64,000 nucleotides of DNA from Spirochaetae bacterium HGW-Spirochaetae-5 (GTDB lineage Bacteria > Spirochaetota > UBA4802 > UBA5550), in the NCBI GenBank assembly GCA_002839285.1, contig PGXT01000004.1, positions 1,248 to 65,247 on the forward strand, in the 5' to 3' direction. Shown here piece after piece: positions 40,741 through 50,523 of this stretch (positions are counted from its first letter, which is position 1; each line of letters starts with the position of its first letter). Under the pieces are notes generated by a model, which was not told where the DNA came from, made no database searches, and worked only from the letters and a program-made list of their open reading frames with translations. Both the position numbers and the translations under genes were made by a program.

Positions 40741-41514
40741 TTATCTCCTTTTCAGATTCTGCAGAGTAAAGACAGAGGGCGGGATCTGCTCGTTGAATTT
40801 TACATACAGAATATTCATCATGGTATAACGGTCATCCTTACCCACGGTCTGCATTTTATAAGTGGTGGGGATTACCCTGTCGTGCATTGTTTTAAATCCG
40901 CCGCATGTCATAATTTTCTTTTTAACTCCATGCTCATTATAAAACTCCTCCAGCACGGGGAGATAGTCGCTCTTCCTGGCGTAATATACAATCCTGCCCC
41001 ACACCACAGCAGCTTCAGGCTTCGGCTTCAGAATTACTCTGTAGCATTGATGCCCGTCAATAGTTTCATCCCCGTCAAGAGTATGAAAATAATCTTTTGT
41101 GATTGATGATTCCTTTATAATATCATCATTTGTAAAATCCGAGCCCATCCAGGACTGAAGCATCATCGAAGGAGAGATTTTTATATCTTTTTTAAGACGG
41201 GGATTATACTGACGCATCTCCTGATCTATAAGGAGGAAACGGTTGCCGGCATCCTTTTCCGGAGAAGTAATTTCAGAGAATGATTTTTTCTGAAGACGGT
41301 TTTCCCAGCTCTTCATCTCTAAAGTTCTGGTCCACCTTCTGGTCTTTATTATAATCTGCAGAAATGCAGTCTGGGTATCTCCTCTGACAGCCTCTTCTGA
41401 TTTTTTTATAATTTCAGCAGCATCAACGGCATAGGCTCTGACCCCGGGAAAAATCAGCAGTATTGACATTGTAATTATTTTAAAATACACTATAAACCTC
41501 CGGTTCACCCGCAT
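40741..41514 (-). CDS. Outer-membrane lipoprotein-sorting (LolA-like) protein
   Basis: Signal peptide, KDAGNRFL, SWMGSDFTNDD, WGRIVY, FTLQNLKR. Confidence 0.85.
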   Translation of the reverse strand: MRVNRRFIVYFKIITMSILLIFPGVRAYAVDAAEIIKKSEEAVRGDTQTAFLQIIIKTRRWTRTLEMKSWENRLQKKSFSEITSPEKDAGNRFLLIDQEMRQYNPRLKKDIKISPSMMLQSWMGSDFTNDDIIKESSITKDYFHTLDGDETIDGHQCYRVILKPKPEAAVVWGRIVYYARKSDYLPVLEEFYNEHGVKKKIMTCGGFKTMHDRVIPTTYKMQTVGKDDRYTMMNILYVKFNEQIPPSVFTLQNLKRR

Positions 41515-41542
41515 ATTACATATATTTTTTCATCCATAAAAT

Positions 41543-41571
41543 TTGATAAGCAGATTTACTTTCAGTATAAT
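41543..41571 (+). promoter_or_regulatory. sigma-70 promoter preceding a non-coding structured region
   Basis: TTGATA-17 bp-TATAAT. Confidence 0.65.
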
Positions 41572-41613
41572 GGATTAATAGAACGGAGCAAGAAAAAAAG
41601 ATGTAAAAAGATA

Positions 41614-41745
41614 TCTTACTAACTACAGGTGAGTCCGGGTTACATTATCTTTACAGGGCCTAAAAGGCGGAAACCCGCAACGGTATGCTGAACTCGCCAA
41701 AGTAGGTCCTGCATTCATAGAATGTGACCGGCCCGTATGATAAGG
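41614..41745 (+). ncRNA. Unassigned structured RNA candidate (long interrupted hairpin)
   Basis: Nested stems ccgggttacatt/aatgtgaccgg, cagggccta/taggtcctg and ggcg/cgcc; G-U pairs favour the plus strand; locally GC-rich in an AT-rich spacer. Confidence 0.35.
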
Positions 41746-41915
41746 AATTACAGTCAAGCGGATGGAACATTAAACAAAGTTGATTTTATGTTTACTTTTA
41801 GGATTAATTTTATGCCATTTAATAAAAAATTTTATAAAATCTAAAATAAAACGTTGACATTATTTAAGCATTTCATTAATTACTAAAATATAGTTTATAC
41901 AAAGGGGTACCAGCT

Positions 41916-43292
41916 ATGAAAAATAACCATCAAAATCTGTTTAAATATCTTATTATGATTACAGTTTTTACGTTTGCGGGAACATCAAATCAGCTTTACT
42001 CTCAGGATACTAACAGCTCTGAGACTTTACAGTTCAGCCGGATATGGGAGAAGATTAAAACAAACTCCCCGTCTCAGAAAGCGGCGCTGTCCGAAGCAGA
42101 AGCTGCTGTAATTTCTAAAAACCGTTCGGGAAGACACTGGCTGCCGACAATTTATGCCGATGCAAAAGCATATGCCACCAATGATCCGGCTGTTACATTC
42201 ATGTCAAATATGGGGCAGCGGGGAGTGACGCAGGAGGATTTTATTCCCGATAACCTGAACAATCCCGGCAGCGGCAATTACCAGAAGGGGACTCTGGGAC
42301 TCGACCTCCCTTTATACGAAGGTGGCGCAAAAACAGAAGCGGCCAGGTCGATGGAAAAACTCGCCGAGGCAAAAAAATATCAGAGCAGCTCTATTTATTT
42401 AAACGAGTTCAGCAGTGCAGCATCGGCCTACGGCCAGATTATTGTTTTAATGAATATCACCGAAGAACTGAAATCCATGTCAGCGAGAGTGGATGCCGTA
42501 CTTGCCAACTATCAGGGTGGTCTCCGTTCCAATCTCGTTGAATACTCGGGAATCCTCTCACTGAAAACTCTGCAGAACAGAATTAAAGTTCACATGGCCG
42601 AAAACGATTCGAGAATATCTGCACTAAGGGTATATCTGGAAAAGATGTCCGGGAACACCCTGACTGAGGGATGGCTTCCATACAAAGAGGATGTTACAGA
42701 ATACGCAGTTACCTATCTGAAAGCGGAGAATCTCTCAGCAGAGGGATCTTACAGCGTCAAGGCATATCAGGCCCTGGCTGAAAGCAGTTCAAACAGAGCT
42801 GAAGCTGAAAAAGCGGTCTTCCTTCCGAAGATCGGAGTATTTGCAGAGACAAATATATACAACGGAAAACGCGATACCGCAGATTCTTATACCGCGGGAT
42901 TTTATATACGGATGAATATCTTTTCACCGACGGATTACGGTGCGGTTAAACAGGCCGAGCTTGAGAGCGATGCCTTCAAATACAGGGCAAAAGACGCAAA
43001 ACTTAAAGGTGAGATTGAACTTAACAGACTCTATACATTTGCAGATATTTTAAAAAAGAATATATCACTTATGAAAGAGAATACAACGCTGATGAACGAG
43101 CTTGTAAGAAATTCGCAGAGACTTTTTTCAAGCGGATCGATAAAGGCATTTCAGCTTGTGGATGTCTTCTCAAGAAAAACGGATCTTATCATCAATCTTG
43201 CGGGCGCAGAGGAGGAATATCTCTCTGTAATGGCCGGCATATATAACTATTCAACAGATGATCTTCAGGGGGCCGAACATGAAACAAAATGA
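41916..43292 (+). CDS. TolC-family outer membrane efflux protein
   Basis: Signal peptide, HWLPTI, LDLPLYEGG, AVFLPKIGV, helical repeats; upstream of RND gene. Confidence 0.85.
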   Translation: MKNNHQNLFKYLIMITVFTFAGTSNQLYSQDTNSSETLQFSRIWEKIKTNSPSQKAALSEAEAAVISKNRSGRHWLPTIYADAKAYATNDPAVTFMSNMGQRGVTQEDFIPDNLNNPGSGNYQKGTLGLDLPLYEGGAKTEAARSMEKLAEAKKYQSSSIYLNEFSSAASAYGQIIVLMNITEELKSMSARVDAVLANYQGGLRSNLVEYSGILSLKTLQNRIKVHMAENDSRISALRVYLEKMSGNTLTEGWLPYKEDVTEYAVTYLKAENLSAEGSYSVKAYQALAESSSNRAEAEKAVFLPKIGVFAETNIYNGKRDTADSYTAGFYIRMNIFSPTDYGAVKQAELESDAFKYRAKDAKLKGEIELNRLYTFADILKKNISLMKENTTLMNELVRNSQRLFSSGSIKAFQLVDVFSRKTDLIINLAGAEEEYLSVMAGIYNYSTDDLQGAEHETK

Positions 43293-46200
43293 AAACGGAG
43301 AAATAAGTAAAGGCTTCGCAGGTATTCTTGCGGAGAAGTTCATCAATTCAAAACTCACAGTAATAATTGCAGCTGTAAGTATACTTCTCGGAATATTCGC
43401 TGTAATACTTACACCGAAAGAGGAGGAGCCGCAGATTTCAGTCCCCATGATCGATATACAAATCGGTGCACCGGGCTACGAGGCTGAAGAGGTGGAGCGT
43501 AAAATCACCGAACCGGTTGAACGCGGAGTATGGGGGCTCGACGGGGTGGAATATGTCTACTCGGCAAGCCAGACACACGGATCTCTTATTACTGTAAGAT
43601 TCAAAATAGGCGAGCCCATTGAACCGTCGCTTGTAAAAGTACATAACAAACTGATGGAGATACGAAATCAGCTTCCTTCATCAATAATGCAGCCTCAGGT
43701 TAAATCATATACAATAGACGATGTCCCCTTTCTTATACTTACTTTCAGTTCGGCAGAAAGGGATGACTACGAACTTCGCGGACTTGCCGCCCCTCTTGCA
43801 CGAGAACTGTCAAGCACACCGGACCTGGGGAGAGTTGAGCTTCTGGGAGGGAGAAAGAAAAGCGTAAGAGTTATTATCAATCCGATGAAGACTTCCGCAT
43901 ATGGAATATCTCTCCCGGAAATTGCCGGAGCTATGAAAGCCAATAATGCCTCTGCGCCATCGGGTAAAAACTGGAGCAACAGCAGTGTCTACGATATCGA
44001 GGTAGGCGGCAGAATTACAAACACTGAAGATCTTGCCAACATTTCAATAGGTCTCCGTGCGGGAAGAATCATCCGCCTGAAAGACGTGGCAGACATAAAA
44101 GAGGGCCCTGAAGAACGGACAAGAATTTCATACCTTCTTGAGAAGAAGAGCGGTTCTGTTGAAAAGAATGCAGTATCAATTGTATTCGCAAAACGAAAGG
44201 GCACAAACGTCGTTGTTCTTGCAAAAGAACTTGTGGAGAGAGCGGCGATTTTCTCTAAAACTCTCCCCGCTGACGTATCCCTCTCTATAGTGAGAGACTA
44301 CGGTGAAACTGCCGGTGAAAAATCTACAGAGCTGATTGAACACCTTCTGATAGCCACACTATCCGTTGCCGCGCTTATTGCAATATTCATGGGACTCAGG
44401 GCCGCACTTGTCGTATCAATAGCAATTCCGGTAACACTCTCACTAACACTTGCCCTTTACTACTTCATGGGATACACGCTTAACCGCGTTACCCTCTTTG
44501 CACTTATATTCTCAATAGGTATACTTGTCGACGATGCAATCGTTGTAGTTGAGAACATCGAGCGCCATCTTAAAGAGAATCACAAACTCAGCCTAATCAA
44601 AGCGACGATCAATGCGGTATCCGAAGTTGGAAATCCGACTATACTTGCAACATTTACAGTTATTGCTGCCATACTCCCCATGGCCTTTGTCCGTGGACTC
44701 ATGGGGCCATATATGAAACCGATACCCGTCGGCGCCAGCCTTGCAATGATACTTTCACTCTTTGTTGCGTTCATCGTAACACCATGGGCCAGCGCACGTA
44801 TTTTAAAAAAGCATACACACAAAGAGGATGAAACTAAAAAGCTCAGCAGGCTTGACGCACTCTATGTCAAGTTTGTTACAAAGCTGATAACAAAGAAAAA
44901 AGATGCCATGATCTTCGGAGGAGTAAGCATTCTGCTTCTTCTTATGACAATGAGTCTGTTTCTTTTCAAAGCAGTTAAGGTTAAACTCCTCCCCTTTGAC
45001 AACAAGAACGAGTTTCAGATTCTTCTGGACTACCCTGTAAACACATCACTGAAACAGAGTGCCGCATGGTCGAAGGAGCTTGCAGTGGAGCTTCTGAAAA
45101 ACGAAAATTTTGAAATGATACAGATTTTTGCAGGTGAACCGGCTCCATATTCATTCTCCGGCATGGTAAAGCATACTTTCCTCCGGAATAACGACTACAT
45201 GAATGACCTTCAGGTAGTTCTAAAAACGAAGCATGAGAGAAAAATATCCAGCCACGAGATAATAGAACAGATACGTCCAATGGTTGCCGATTTCGCGAAG
45301 AGGAAAAAAGCTGTTTCAAAAGTACTGGAGATACCGCCGGGACCGCCTGTACTTGCAACAATGGTTGCCGAGATTTACGGGCCCGACAGAAAAACACGTG
45401 AAGCCGTCGCCCGCGAAGTCTACAATATTTTCGCAGACGAAAGCAGTGTTGCCGATCTCGATTACTCATGGAGACCTTTCCGGAGCAGAATTGTATACGG
45501 ATTCAACTCACAGACCGGCGGACTCTACGGAGCGAGTGCAGAACAGGCTGTAACCTCGGGATATCTTACATTCTCCGAAAGCCCCATGTTCTCTCTTGCA
45601 GATGTAACATGGCCCGAAGATGTAAATGTAAATCTGTCGGTTAAGCAGAGTCACAGATCATCACCTGAACCGTTCACAGGTATCACCATACCCACGTTCG
45701 AAAGCGGTTTTGTACACATGGATCAGATATTAAAAAATGGCGAGAAAAAAGAGAACATAACACTTCACAGAAAGAATCTCAAACCGGTTAACTATGTAAT
45801 GAGTGAACTTACAGGATCGGAAGAGGCTCCGGTTTACGGGATTTTAAAATTAGCTCCGAAGATAAACTACCCTATCCAGACAGCTGAGGTTCCGTGGAAT
45901 ACGCAGAATCCTGTAGTTAAATGGGACGGCGAATGGTTTATCACCTACGAAGTATTCCGTGACCTTGGAGCTGCATTTGCAGTTGTACTTATTCTCATCT
46001 ATATTCTTGTCGTGGGATGGTTTAAAAGTTATATAGTGCCGCTTGTAATTATGGCCCCTATTCCAATAAGCCTTATCGGTATTATCCCGGGGCACGCACT
46101 TGCAGGTTCATATTTTACTGCAACATCAATGATCGGCTTTATTGCCGGAGCAGGAATAATAGTCCGGAACTCCATCATTCTTGTCGACTTCATTGAACTG

Positions 46201-46461
46201 GAGATTAAAAACGGAGTAGGACTGAAAAAGGCTGTAATCAATGCGGGGGTTATAAGATTCAGGCCCATGCTCCTGACAGCAGCTGCAGTTGTTGCGGGGA
46301 GTTTTATTATGCTCTTTGATCCCATCTTTCAGGGACTTGCAATAAGTCTGATGTCCGGAGAAGTTGCGGCGACCATACTGAGCAGATTTGCGGTTCCGGC
46401 CCTTTACTACTGGTTTGCCGGTAAAAAAAGAGTTAAATATCTCACCACTGAAGCAGCATAA
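43279..46461 (+). CDS. RND efflux permease (AcrB/AcrD/AcrF family)
   Basis: PKEEEPQI, IPVTLSLT, GILVDDAIVVVENIERH, GIIVRNSIILVDF, RFRPMLLT; likely start ATG 43279. Confidence 0.93.
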   Translation: MKQNENGEISKGFAGILAEKFINSKLTVIIAAVSILLGIFAVILTPKEEEPQISVPMIDIQIGAPGYEAEEVERKITEPVERGVWGLDGVEYVYSASQTHGSLITVRFKIGEPIEPSLVKVHNKLMEIRNQLPSSIMQPQVKSYTIDDVPFLILTFSSAERDDYELRGLAAPLARELSSTPDLGRVELLGGRKKSVRVIINPMKTSAYGISLPEIAGAMKANNASAPSGKNWSNSSVYDIEVGGRITNTEDLANISIGLRAGRIIRLKDVADIKEGPEERTRISYLLEKKSGSVEKNAVSIVFAKRKGTNVVVLAKELVERAAIFSKTLPADVSLSIVRDYGETAGEKSTELIEHLLIATLSVAALIAIFMGLRAALVVSIAIPVTLSLTLALYYFMGYTLNRVTLFALIFSIGILVDDAIVVVENIERHLKENHKLSLIKATINAVSEVGNPTILATFTVIAAILPMAFVRGLMGPYMKPIPVGASLAMILSLFVAFIVTPWASARILKKHTHKEDETKKLSRLDALYVKFVTKLITKKKDAMIFGGVSILLLLMTMSLFLFKAVKVKLLPFDNKNEFQILLDYPVNTSLKQSAAWSKELAVELLKNENFEMIQIFAGEPAPYSFSGMVKHTFLRNNDYMNDLQVVLKTKHERKISSHEIIEQIRPMVADFAKRKKAVSKVLEIPPGPPVLATMVAEIYGPDRKTREAVAREVYNIFADESSVADLDYSWRPFRSRIVYGFNSQTGGLYGASAEQAVTSGYLTFSESPMFSLADVTWPEDVNVNLSVKQSHRSSPEPFTGITIPTFESGFVHMDQILKNGEKKENITLHRKNLKPVNYVMSELTGSEEAPVYGILKLAPKINYPIQTAEVPWNTQNPVVKWDGEWFITYEVFRDLGAAFAVVLILIYILVVGWFKSYIVPLVIMAPIPISLIGIIPGHALAGSYFTATSMIGFIAGAGIIVRNSIILVDFIELEIKNGVGLKKAVINAGVIRFRPMLLTAAAVVAGSFIMLFDPIFQGLAISLMSGEVAATILSRFAVPALYYWFAGKKRVKYLTTEAA

Positions 46462-46483
46462 ATTTTAAACAGATTATAATCAT

Positions 46484-46518
46484 AAAGAGGAGATTCCGTC
46501 AATACGGATCTCCTCTTT
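46484..46518. terminator. Bidirectional terminator between convergent genes
   Basis: aaagaggagat(t)ccg / cggatctcctcttt stem. Confidence 0.7.
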
Positions 46519-46554
46519 CTTTTATACAGCATCATATAACCTTTCCGGAAATAA

Positions 46555-46887
46555 TCAGATCATGGAGAGCAGAATACAGGCTATTCCCAATATAGCGGAA
46601 ATAACCGGGGTAAGTTTAATCCGGTCTGTTTTTCTTTTAAGACGGGTCACATTAAAAATTATCCCTGAAATGCTGAGGAAGATCTGAATAACCAGCAGAC
46701 CGTAAATCAGATTTGTCGCCCATTGACCGGCACCTTTTAGTCCCGGACGGCCCGCAGCCATGCCGGGTTGTGTGGGATTTGAAATTGCAAATAGTATTAT
46801 TACAGACGCAATAATAACCCATAGGACTATTGAAATAGTGCCTACTATTTTAAGTATTGTATCCGGTCCGACTCTTTTATTTTTCAT
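46555..46887 (-). CDS. Hypothetical three-helix membrane protein
   Basis: Three hydrophobic segments; RBS-like GGTGG before MKNKRV. Confidence 0.7.
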   Translation of the reverse strand: MKNKRVGPDTILKIVGTISIVLWVIIASVIILFAISNPTQPGMAAGRPGLKGAGQWATNLIYGLLVIQIFLSISGIIFNVTRLKRKTDRIKLTPVISAILGIACILLSMI

Positions 46888-47053
46888 TCTGCCACCCCGA
46901 AAATAAAATCTCACTGAGACCGGTTTTCTAAAACTTCATTATTTTTGTAAAGCAATTTGTTTTTAGTTTAAACTCATATTAGTAAGACATACTAAATATG
47001 TTAGAGATTTGACCGGATGATTCTTTATTAATAATTTATCAGCCATAAACTTG

Positions 47054-47165
47054 AAATCCCCCGGTTTCGCTTAGCTCAACATCCCCCGTTAATAAAGGGG
47101 GTTATAAAGTCCCCGAAGTCTAAACCCTCTTTATCAAAGAGGGTGGCCGATAGGCCGGGAGATTT
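47054..47165. mobile_element. MITE-like element with the same architecture as 25474-25641
   Basis: TIR aaatcccccgg/ccgggagattt (1 mismatch) enclosing hairpins ccccc..ggggg and accctct..agagggt. Confidence 0.5.
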
Positions 47166-47312
47166 TTCGGTATTAAATAACACCCCCGTTAAACCGTCAA
47201 ATAGAAGCATTATCCTCAAAATTGAATATATTTTCCGGAAAACAGTCAGAATTATTTGACAATACCGCATACTATTTTATTTTATATTAAAAACTTCTGG
47301 AGAGAATAAATA

Positions 47313-48827
47313 ATGAAAAAAATTCTCATTTCACTTATTGCAGTTTCTGCAATACTTCTTCTTTCTCCGCAAATATTTAATACAAAAGCCGGGGCTTCAC
47401 AACCGGATGTTAAAGTTGAAAACAGTACTCATACAACAGATCAGGCAAAAACCGGGACTGCCGGGGATCACGGATCGGGTCACGCTGCGCCTCACATTGA
47501 CGGGAAGAGCCTGAGCCTTCTGTGGATTATCCCCTTTGTAGGGATTCTCCTGTCAATTGCTCTTTTCCCGCTTCTTACACCCCACTTCTGGCATCACCAC
47601 TACGGGAAGGTATCTCTTTTCTGGTGGATAATTTTCTTCGGCGCGTTCTGTGCAAACTTCAGTATCGGGACAGGATTCTATTATCTGCTTGAAGTCTATA
47701 TGCTTGAATTTATTCCATTTATAACACTTCTTCTTGCACTCTTTACCGTTGCAGGTGGGATACAGCTGAAGGGTGATCTTGCCGGGACACCTAAAGTAAA
47801 CACAATAATGATCTTAATCGGCGGATTTCTTGCAAGCTTTATGGGTACAACCGGAGCTGCAATGCTCCTTATAAGACCTATCCTTAAAGCTAACGAATGG
47901 AGAAAAAACAGAACCCACATAGTTGTATTTGTAATATTTGTTGTGGCAAATGTCGGAGGGGGACTGACACCTCTCGGAGACCCTCCCCTCTTCCTTGGAT
48001 TCCTTAAAGGGGTAGACTTTTTCTGGACAATGAAGCATATGCTTCCGCTTGTATCATTTATAATTGGGGTACTCCTTGTAATTTTCTTCATCATGGATAC
48101 ATATTATTACAGAAAAGAGGAGAATAAACCGGTTAAGAAAGCTGATGGAGAGAAACTAAGACTTGTCGGTATACCCAATATGCTTTTAATACCATGTATA
48201 ATCGGAGCTGTAATAGTCTCCAGCCTTAAACTTGGAACAGCATTCACTCTGCACTATGTTGAAGTTCCTCTTGCGTCGGTTCTTCAGGTTGCATTCCTGC
48301 TGATCATTACAATAGTGTCACTCAGAATTTCAGACCCTTCAATAAGAGAGGGGAACGGTTTCAACTGGGAACCTATCAATGAAGTGGCAAAACTTTTCGC
48401 TACAATATTCATGACCATGGTTACACCAATAGCAATGCTCAGAGCGGGAGCAGACGGTCCAATGGGTATGGTAATAAAAGGAGTTGTTGACAGCAACGGC
48501 GAATTTATAAATTCCCATTTTTTCTGGGCAACCGGTATTTTATCGAGCTTCCTTGACAACGCGCCGACATACCTTGTGTTCTTCAACACAGCCGGCGGAA
48601 ATCCCGCAGACCTTATGGGGGTTCACGCGGGGACACTCCTTGCAATCAGTGCGGGAGCGGTTTTTATGGGTGCAAACACATACATCGGTAACGCGCCTAA
48701 TTTTATGACAAAATCGATCGCGGAAGAATCGGGAGTACCGATGCCGAGCTTCTTCGGTTATATGTTCAAGTATTCCATTCCGATTCTTATACCGGTTTTT
48801 ATACTTGTAACATTTATATTCTTTTAA
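47313..48827 (+). CDS. Putative Na+/H+ antiporter or citrate-type transporter (IT superfamily)
   Basis: PFVGILLSIALFPL..PHFWHHHY, GTTGAAMLLIRP, NVGGGLTPLGDPPLFLGF, SSFLDNAPTY, TYIGNAPN. Confidence 0.85.
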   Translation: MKKILISLIAVSAILLLSPQIFNTKAGASQPDVKVENSTHTTDQAKTGTAGDHGSGHAAPHIDGKSLSLLWIIPFVGILLSIALFPLLTPHFWHHHYGKVSLFWWIIFFGAFCANFSIGTGFYYLLEVYMLEFIPFITLLLALFTVAGGIQLKGDLAGTPKVNTIMILIGGFLASFMGTTGAAMLLIRPILKANEWRKNRTHIVVFVIFVVANVGGGLTPLGDPPLFLGFLKGVDFFWTMKHMLPLVSFIIGVLLVIFFIMDTYYYRKEENKPVKKADGEKLRLVGIPNMLLIPCIIGAVIVSSLKLGTAFTLHYVEVPLASVLQVAFLLIITIVSLRISDPSIREGNGFNWEPINEVAKLFATIFMTMVTPIAMLRAGADGPMGMVIKGVVDSNGEFINSHFFWATGILSSFLDNAPTYLVFFNTAGGNPADLMGVHAGTLLAISAGAVFMGANTYIGNAPNFMTKSIAEESGVPMPSFFGYMFKYSIPILIPVFILVTFIFF

Positions 48828-48839
48828 AGGGAGATTACC

Positions 48840-49421
48840 ATGGGAAAAAATTATTACGAAGTAGTATTCGAAGGGAGTTACAATATAATATGCGGCATGC
48901 TTGAGGGGTTCATTCTTGGAAAAAATGTAAACTGGGAGTGGTATTCAAGCAAAGATGCGGGAATAGAAACAGAGACTTTTACCGAGATAATAAAAGAGTG
49001 GGCGTCGCTTAAAACAAGGCTTCACCACATTGTACTCGAAGAGGATTTCCACAATGCCCTTCAGAGCAGCCTTAAAGACAGAGGTGACCAGAAACACGTG
49101 AAGCTTAAATACACAAAGTCCGCAAGGCTGATAAAAAGCTGTTCGTTCAAATTTACAGCCAATGCTTTTGCGAAAAAGTACGGGGAGGAGATTAAAGCAA
49201 TCATTGCTTCTCCTCCGGCAGGAGTTGTAATTGAAGGCTACACACCGGTAGAAGAACTGGATACATCAGCAAAGGGTGTGGAACTGTATGCACCGGTTCA
49301 CGACTACACATTCAGAGGGGAAGGTACAGCCAAAGGTGAAGCCGGATCAATCGTCGCATTCAGAAAAGTTCTGAACGACCATCCGCTGGTACAGGTGAGC
49401 AGTATTAAGCTGGAATTTTAG
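48840..49421 (+). CDS. Hypothetical protein co-transcribed with the antiporter
   Basis: 193-aa ORF, RBS GGGAG, 12 bp after the antiporter stop. Confidence 0.75.
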   Translation: MGKNYYEVVFEGSYNIICGMLEGFILGKNVNWEWYSSKDAGIETETFTEIIKEWASLKTRLHHIVLEEDFHNALQSSLKDRGDQKHVKLKYTKSARLIKSCSFKFTANAFAKKYGEEIKAIIASPPAGVVIEGYTPVEELDTSAKGVELYAPVHDYTFRGEGTAKGEAGSIVAFRKVLNDHPLVQVSSIKLEF

Positions 49422-49438
49422 ACAATGCAGAATCTGTT

Positions 49439-49462
49439 TCCCGCCGCGCCAGCGCGGCGGGA
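49439..49462. repeat. GC palindrome family variant copy 5 / terminator
   Basis: tcccgccgcgc-ca-gcgcggcggga between convergent genes. Confidence 0.7.
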
Positions 49463-49479
49463 GATATCTCATATATTAA

Positions 49480-50202
49480 TTAAAAAGCATAACGCAGACC
49501 AAGTCTTATCTGCTGACGTGGAAGACCGTATTTCTCTGTGTATTCATAATCAGGCCCAGGGTTACCATTATTAGTATATTGCCCTTCCTCACTTCTATTA
49601 ACCTCACAACTATAAAAAGAATATTCAATCAAAATATATGAACTCTGCATAATTCTTTTTTCAATTCCGATTATGCCGCCTAAACCTATATTAAAATTTT
49701 CAGAATCGGATCTATATTCATGTTTGAGACCAATAGTTTTTACATAATCCTGCCTGATTTCAAATCGTGCCATTACTATTCCAATTGCAACGTATATATT
49801 AGTTTTGCCCTTATCAGGAGTTGCATTTATTCCAAAAAATAATGGAGAAACATACGATCTATAATTCATTTCATATTCTGAATATTCACTCAGAACACTA
49901 TTTGATGAAGATACTTTTCCTCCATACACAAGCTCATTATATTCAAAACCGGTTCTTATAAAAAGATTATTACTGAAATCATACCTGACAAAGACACCCC
50001 CTCCCGGAATTATTATTTCGTCACTCTCAATCTCATATTGAGGATCTGAAGAATATTCTTTGTCTCTGATAGTATCCTCAACACTCCCGCCATCAATGGC
50101 ATAAGAGCCGAAAACACCAAGTGAGAATCCGCTCTTTGCAAAAAGCTGTGTACTGAAAAATAAAGATAACAATGAAACAGATATAATAACGATTTTCTTC
50201 AT
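49480..50202 (-). CDS. Outer-membrane beta-barrel (OmpA/OmpW-like 8-strand) protein
   Basis: Signal peptide MKKIVII..LFA, alternating strands, terminal RLGLRYAF. Confidence 0.75.
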   Translation of the reverse strand: MKKIVIISVSLLSLFFSTQLFAKSGFSLGVFGSYAIDGGSVEDTIRDKEYSSDPQYEIESDEIIIPGGGVFVRYDFSNNLFIRTGFEYNELVYGGKVSSSNSVLSEYSEYEMNYRSYVSPLFFGINATPDKGKTNIYVAIGIVMARFEIRQDYVKTIGLKHEYRSDSENFNIGLGGIIGIEKRIMQSSYILIEYSFYSCEVNRSEEGQYTNNGNPGPDYEYTEKYGLPRQQIRLGLRYAF

Positions 50203-50523
50203 AATGTTGACCTTCTGCCATTTATTATTAGTACTATAATAGATAACAGAATTAGACGGTATATTACCGGTTTTGTCCAGCAAAATAATTGCCTTTCTTA
50301 TTTTAACATTTTACTTCATACAGCCAGCCCCCAGATCTCCCACACCACTATTTATCGTAAGGCCCGGCTACACGTTCTTTTTTAAATAATAGAATCTTTT
50401 TAATAACAACTAATATGATTTAAAACTCTTTATTAAAGTGCAATTTTTAACCCTGCAGGAAAAATAGTATTTACCGCATCCCTTCAAATTACCGAAAATG
50501 GAACAAGGAGATTCGGCAGGTAT

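Noticed and set aside
41640-41746. SAM-I riboswitch (TTATC...GAAACCCGCAAC...GATAAG resemblance)
   Set aside because: The AGAG/GAGGGA/GGCCC P2 and pseudoknot elements are missing, the best-pairing stems are incompatible with the SAM-I fold, and downstream genes are not methionine-related.
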